Origin: Tubiluchus corallicola | Lineage: Eukaryota > Animalia > Priapulida | Direction of reading: 5' to 3' | DNA length: 42,711 nt | NCBI GenBank assembly: GCA_030141605.1 | Contig: JAQGDQ010001397.1 | Span: forward strand, 1-42,711 | In this document: positions 36,106-42,711 of the stretch, one piece after another | How the letters are laid out: each line of letters opens with the position of its first letter | How positions within the stretch are numbered: position 1 is the stretch's first letter | Position numbers and translations under genes: made by a program | The notes under the pieces: model-generated | What the model was told of the DNA's origin: nothing | The model's database searches: none | Seen by the model: the letters and a program-made list of their open reading frames with translations, nothing else

Positions 36106-36863
36106 TACAAGCTAGCGCAAAATAGACCACAAAGTCTACATATTGACGCCATAGTTTGGCTGACACCCCTTACTGAATAGTTATTGCCAGAGTTTGACTG
36201 ACACTCCTCACTGAATAGTTATTGCCAGAGTTTGGCTGACACCCCTTACTGAATAGTTATTGCCAGAGTTTGGCTGACACCCCTTACTGAATAGTTATTG
36301 CCAGAGTTTGACTGACACTCCTCACTGAATAGTTATTGCCAGAGTTTGGCTGACACCCCTTACTGAATAGTTATTGCCAGAGTTTGGCTGACACCCCTTA
36401 CTGAATAGTTATTGCCAGAGTTTGACTGACACCCCTCACTGAATAGTTATTGCCAGAGTTTGGCTGGCACCCCTTACTGAATAGTTATTGCCATAGTTTG
36501 ATTGACACCCCTTACTGAATAGTTATTGCCAGAGTTTGACTGACACCCCTTACTGAATAGTTATTGCCATAGTTTGACGGAGTGGAGTTTGATGTCATCT
36601 AAACACGAGTCTGTTTTTGTTTGTCAGTTTTAGTTAAACAGTTTGAAAACTGATCGTGTGAACGGTACATTACGTGAGTGGACAGTGAAGAAGCTTATAT
36701 CAAAACTACTGGCTGACTTAAACCTGTGAAGTTTGAACAACATAAGCTACCTTATAAGGACAAAAAGAACTGCACCTGAGATTGTAATGGACGATTAATG
36801 TTCAAACAACATTGTAATTAGGTGCTGCCATTTATGTGCTAATCCTATTACATTCTATCAGCT
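36106..36863 (+). repeat. Left arm of 758-bp inverted duplication
   Basis: Reverse complement of 41954-42711 (coordinate sum 78817). Confidence 0.95.
36148..36578 (+). repeat. 38-bp tandem repeat, 11 units plus a partial unit
   Basis: Unit gccagagtttggctgacaccccttactgaatagttatt. Confidence 0.95.
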
Positions 36864-38830
36864 GACCTACTTCAGTATAATTGTATGGTCCATTGACTAC
36901 ACACACACTGGTCCTCTCCCTATCTAAAATTAAATGTTGTTGTGAAGCCTGTGCAACTCTGCATAGGTCAAGTTCTATACCTGTATACTGGGTGTGAAAC
37001 AGGTTTTACTGACTGTTTTTGCTTTATAGTTTTTGCTCAATGTTCAGTGCAGCAGTTTTGCTACTCATGTTTTCTGTAGTTTAATAAACACTTTTCTGTT
37101 GTGTGAAATGCAAACATTTATTACAAATTTTTGGTTCCTATCCATACTTCTCTGTGTCTAAACTCAATCATAACAAAGTGACTGACCAACAACTTCAAAA
37201 ATGACTTTCACACATATATATATATATATATACATATATATAACATAGACTGTGATTCGCTAATTTTTTATGCTATTACAGTGAAACACTACTAATTTCT
37301 GTATCGTGTAGCAATACAATGAGCTTTCAGATTTAATTTTAAAAGTGACTTAATTATGTTTCAGATTATGTACCAGATTAATTATTGCCATGTAATTGTA
37401 AATATTGTGTTGCCGTCTTTATTTTAAATAATTATATAATTTGTTTAAACTGGTAAGTATTTAGTGTAATACTACTACAAGTAACAACGTTTTTACTCAT
37501 TATAAATATAGTAACAATCATAACTTAATACTTTGTTTAGCTTGTTTAATAATGATTTCAATGTAAGTTTTTTGGCTATTTAATTGTAAGTATCGTGTTA
37601 AAATACCAGTTGCAGAAAAATCATTTATTTATAATTTCAAGCTTATTATTATTAATGATGGAATAATTCTACAATTGTTGAATTTGAAACTACATTTGCG
37701 CCAGCAAATGTGAAAAATTCGGGAAATAGAGATACCTCGTGTTCAAGAAGTCCCTGGTTCAAATCTAGGGCACGTTCCAAATTTTTTATATAAATTTCCT
37801 ATTCTGGAGTAAATTTGTTTCAAAATTCAACAATTATGGTTTTTCACAGAAAAAATTTCTAAACAGGTTTCTTTGTGATAAACGTTTGATGTGGTGGCTT
37901 CTATAAAAGGCTTTGCTTGAAGAAGACCCCTTAGAAAGGGTTTTAAATGTAGAGTTTTCAACGGTTTTCATTGGGGATCGCAGGAAAACCCCTTTAAACC
38001 CCTTTTCTTTTCAACAGTGTACTTTTCTATTACTGAGGATAGCACAGCCCTTTCTCAGTGTCCAACTTATAACCTACAGAAGACAGTACACAGAAACGAA
38101 GGTGTTTGGGACACAGCATAAAAATATCAGATCTATTTCAAGGTCACTAGAAACTTAATTGCTAATTAACTACATTTCTTTTAAATTGGTCTTCTCTTAG
38201 TAGATCAAGTCGCTTAAGTGTGGACTGTTTTTTCAAGTTGTGAAAAATTACATACTGTTCTACACCTGGAAAACAATTTTTCTGAGTGAATGTGCATGTT
38301 GTTGAATTCACCCACCCCCTGCCTTGTAAATTTGATAAACAGAGCATCCCAAACAATTTTTAGATTAGATATTTAAATCTATTTACTTTAACAGGATACT
38401 TACATCAGCAACATAAATTAAAAATTAAATTGATTATCTACTAGCATAAAACTAGTCTAATACGGGAGCGAAATAACAAATTTGATTTAAATTGTAAAAG
38501 AATTTTGCTAGAAATGGCTGCAGTAATATTATTAAATATAGATCTAATTGGGTAGATTAAATTAGATCATTGACAGCTACTGGATGACCTCTATTACTGC
38601 AATCAGAAAAAATCAGAAAGGGTATCTTAAATATCTTTTAGTGGTAAAAATATAAATGTAAATATACGCGAGATCCCATTAAAAATGCATGTTGGCAATT
38701 TGCCAACAGCAGCTGTTGCCCAACAACGTGACGCCATTGAGCGTCACGTGTTCGAAGTATTGTTTCGTACATTAAGTTACAATCTCCTCAATTCTTAAAG
38801 TCTCTCTCGAAGTTCTCCGAGCCACCATTG

Positions 38831-39212
38831 TTAAAGGACAAGAAAAGGGGGCACCTGAAGTACGTTTCGGAAAAATCGCCTTAAAATTGTATTACTTTAT
38901 AGCAAATTTACGCGTATATCGCACTCGCATTGAAAGGATTTTTTGTTTGTTTTCATCTTAAATCTCCCGAAATACTGTTCCGAAGTCGCCATTACGTGAC
39001 GTCACTTATGCAAAAACGTAAATCAGGGGAAGAAAGGGAAATGCTAAACTATGTCCCAAAAAAAAATTTCCATGCAAAATTATGTTACTTTGCATTTCGG
39101 TTACCTGCTTGAAAGACTTATGTAATTGGAAAAAAAGTAGTAATTATTTAAAATCATTTTACTAATTGGCAAAATGTCGCTGACTCACCTCCAGGGTGCA
39201 CCACTCACTAAC
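38831..39212 (+). mobile_element. DNA-transposon terminal fragment, Kolobok-like
   Basis: Begins ttaa-aggacaagaaaag; homologous in inverted orientation to 29960-30339. Confidence 0.5.
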
Positions 39213-39459
39213 CAAAAACAAATGAAAAAATGGCATAGTTTTATTTTACATAAACGAGAACAACGAGGCAAACTGAACGATTTACAAGGTTATTCTCAAG
39301 CGAAAAAAGTTGCCTTTTGCCAGACATCCGCAATCCGTTATTGCGTAAAAATTACTTTCAGTGCAGCAGATTTGTTATCAGATTTGCGTTACACTGCGTT
39401 GTTTTTCTGCATTTTTTCCTAGTGACTTTTTATACGCAGTTGGATGCGCAACAACGAAT

Positions 39460-39923
39460 AACGAATTCCGGTTGTGTGATAAACACCGCATTACAGAATG
39501 ATTCGCAATTCGCATAGCGCAATAACGCAAAACGAATTCCGGATGTGTGATAAACACCGCATTACAGAATGATTCGCAATTCACATAGCGCAATAACACA
39601 AAATGAATTCTGGATGTGTGATAAACACCGCATTTCAGAATGATTCGCAATTCGCATTGCGCAATAACACAAAACGAATTCCGGATGTGTGATAAACACC
39701 GCATTACAGAATGATTCGCAATTCGCATAGCGCAATAACGCATAAGGAATTCCGGATGTGTGATAAACACCGCATTACAGAATGATTCGCAATTCACATA
39801 GCGCAATAACGCAAAACGAATTCTGGATGTGTGATAAACACCGCATTACAGAATGATTCGCAATTCGCATAGCGCAATAACGCAAAACGAATTCCGGATG
39901 TGTGATAAACACCGCGCTACAGA
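39460..39923 (+). repeat. 71-bp tandem repeat, ~6.5 units
   Basis: Unit aacgaattccggatgtgtgataaacaccgcattacagaatgattcgcaattcgcatagcgcaataacgcaa. Confidence 0.95.
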
Positions 39924-39989
39924 AACCAATGACACTCGAATATCAAACCAACCTGGGGCAGCTGCTGCTCACACCTTGCAAAAGAAGAA

Positions 39990-41961
39990 GGGATGAGCAC
40001 GGCAGATGACAATGTTCCGTCAAAGCCTGCAGGAAACACAGCTCCCGACTAGGTCTGTAGTAACCCCCAAGACATGTATGTAATGTAACGAAAATGTGTG
40101 CTACAGGAGTGACAGCTCAGGTGGCACGCGAGACGGAGAGGTACAGGATGGATCCATTGGGGAATAGCAAATGTAGATAGATTGGATTGGCAAAGATGAA
40201 ATTGAACATGGGATAGATGATTGTACAAGTTGGTGAGAAAGACAAACACAGAGGTGGAGTGGCGGTATTGATGTCACAAAGTACATAGAAGAGTTGCATG
40301 GAGTTGAGACCAGAGTCAAGTCAAATAATATGCTCAAGGTTTTATTCAGCATACAGGAAGGTTACATTGATACATTGGTATATGCACCAACAAATGTTGC
40401 CAATGAAGAAGACAACGATGCTTTTTTATGGCAAATTACAGGCGATAATAGAAAAATGAAACAGGAATGACACGATAGTGTTGACGGGGGATTTTAATGA
40501 AAAGGTTGGCACTGATAACAATAATGGAGAAACTATTGAGAGAAAACATGAAATGGGCGAAATGTCAGACAATGGTGAATGATAGTGCGAGTTAGCAATT
40601 ATGAATTGACTAGTAATAACAGGAACATGATTTGCACACAAGTAGGTGCATAACACCACTTGGACATCACCAGATGGGCAAACTGAAACCAGATTAGCCA
40701 TGTGCTAGTTGCAGGAAAAATGCGATCATCAGTACTGGACACAAGAGCAATGATGGGAGCTGATGCTGGTAGTGATCACAGTCCAGTGAGGTCAAAAATG
40801 AAGTTGAAGTAAATGAGGGCTACACACAGCAAGAAGATCAGATAAAAGTTGTATTTACTGATGGTGATCCAAGTCAGAGGATGGTGCAATAAAGGAGAAG
40901 TATATATTGGAGATGAGGAACAATTTCCAAATTCTGGAGAGCCTAGTTGAGTTAGAGGAGCTTAGCGACAAGAATGAGCAGGTGTACATGAACATGGCAC
41001 AGCCAATTCTTGGAAGGGCAAGGAGAATAAGCCATGGTTTGCAGGAGAAACATGGAGGCAAGTACAAGAAAATAGAGGGATCAATGAGAAAATCCTGAGA
41101 ACAAGACTGGAGAGCACAAGACAGAGGTTGACAGAAGAATGCATTCAGGTGAAGATGAGTGCTAAGAATGACAAGAGGAGATGGGAAATGGAATGCCAGA
41201 GAAAGCAGACAGAGCAGTAGAGTATGGCAGGATGAAGGAACTGCTCAGCATCACACATGTACTGACAGGAGAAAGGGGGCAGTTGGGGGAAGCAAAGGAC
41301 AAGAAAGAAGCACTTAAAACAGAGAAGAGAGAGAGAAGGGAGATATGGGTGGAGCACTTCCAAGAGATACTCAGCAGAAAGGATATTGAACACCCTGAAG
41401 GAAAGGAAGAGATAGAGCATGTGCAGGTCTTGGAAGAAATTAATTGTGCAACAATAAGGCTGAACTAGATCAAGGTTGGCACTATGCAAGACGAAGTGTG
41501 GCAAGGCACCTGGTGCAGATAATGTGAGCATGAACTTGCTGAAGGTAGATATAGAAGAGACAGGCAGGCAGTTAACACATATGTTCTGTTTAATATAGTG
41601 GGAAGAGAAGGTTTTAGACAACTGGAAGAAGGGAGTGATGGGTAAGATACCAAAGAAGCGGGGTGTGTGGGATTGCAACAACTGGCAAGGAGTGATGCAA
41701 AGCAAGTAAGATGCTCAGAAGAATACTCATTGATAGGATGAAGAAAAGAGTAGAAAAGGCAACAAGGATGGAAAAAGCAGGTTTCAGAATGGAGAGGAGA
41801 GCATGCAACCAGATCATCATTTTAAGGATCATAATAGCACAAGCAAATGAATGGAATGCTTCTGTATACATACATGTTGTTGGTTTTGAGGAAGCAGTTG
41901 ATTCAGTACGTAGAGAGAGCTTGTAGAAGATCCTTGGCCAGTGAAGATGAGAAAGCTGATA
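39990..41961 (+). mobile_element. Degenerate RTE-clade LINE (APE endonuclease plus start of RT), 3' truncated
   Basis: YAPTN, GDFN, TWTSPDGQTETRL, GADAGSDH, KAPGAD, AGFR..R.C.Q.IILRIII.QA.EW and DSV.RESL, with many stops and frameshifts. The start is approximate. Confidence 0.9.
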
Positions 41962-42711
41962 GAATGTAATAGGATTAGCACATAAATGGCAGCACCTAAT
42001 TACAATGTTGTTTGAACATTAATCGTCCATTACAATCTCAGGTGCAGTTCTTTTTGTCCTTATAAGGTAGCTTATGTTGTTCAAACTTCACAGGTTTAAG
42101 TCAGCCAGTAGTTTTGATATAAGCTTCTTCACTGTCCACTCACGTAATGTACCGTTCACACGATCAGTTTTCAAACTGTTTAACTAAAACTGACAAACAA
42201 AAACAGACTCGTGTTTAGATGACATCAAACTCCACTCCGTCAAACTATGGCAATAACTATTCAGTAAGGGGTGTCAGTCAAACTCTGGCAATAACTATTC
42301 AGTAAGGGGTGTCAATCAAACTATGGCAATAACTATTCAGTAAGGGGTGCCAGCCAAACTCTGGCAATAACTATTCAGTGAGGGGTGTCAGTCAAACTCT
42401 GGCAATAACTATTCAGTAAGGGGTGTCAGCCAAACTCTGGCAATAACTATTCAGTAAGGGGTGTCAGCCAAACTCTGGCAATAACTATTCAGTGAGGAGT
42501 GTCAGTCAAACTCTGGCAATAACTATTCAGTAAGGGGTGTCAGCCAAACTCTGGCAATAACTATTCAGTAAGGGGTGTCAGCCAAACTCTGGCAATAACT
42601 ATTCAGTGAGGAGTGTCAGTCAAACTCTGGCAATAACTATTCAGTAAGGGGTGTCAGCCAAACTATGGCGTCAATATGTAGACTTTGTGGTCTATTTTGC
42701 GCTAGCTTGTA
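41954..42711 (-). repeat. Right arm of inverted duplication running to the window end (includes the 38-bp array at 42239-42669)
   Basis: Reverse complement of 36106-36863; no differences noticed. Confidence 0.95.

Noticed and set aside
37735-37790. tRNA or SINE (B-box-like ggttcaaatc)
   Set aside because: No A box or cloverleaf could be built.

Overview
AT-rich, intron-containing eukaryotic DNA, probably from an invertebrate animal. Most entries in the ORF track are spurious; the real coding pieces are spliced exons. The left ~25 kb is a heavily rearranged pentraxin / C-type lectin (CTL) locus. One collinear, phase-consistent 5-exon run on the minus strand (25112->17959) encodes most of a pentraxin domain, a Cys linker and the first half of a CTL domain. 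It overlaps a ~18-kb palindrome (arms ~3315-10960 and ~13480-21235) that is near-identical on the outside and ~90% identical on the inside. Each arm carries a 401-bp fold-back of the CTL exon, and 1-3321 is a direct duplicate of 21235-24266. The centre holds scrambled, mostly pseudogenised pentraxin exons and a 209-bp C-free stretch that is a degraded mirror copy. Penelope-like retroelement remnants carry minimal hammerhead ribozyme motifs (one intact, one core-mutated). The right part has two exons of a class B1 (secretin-family) GPCR, degenerate Rex1/Babar and RTE LINEs, several minisatellites and a 758-bp terminal inverted duplication. Some of the rearrangements may be assembly or chimeric-read artefacts. 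All identities and counts were estimated by eye.
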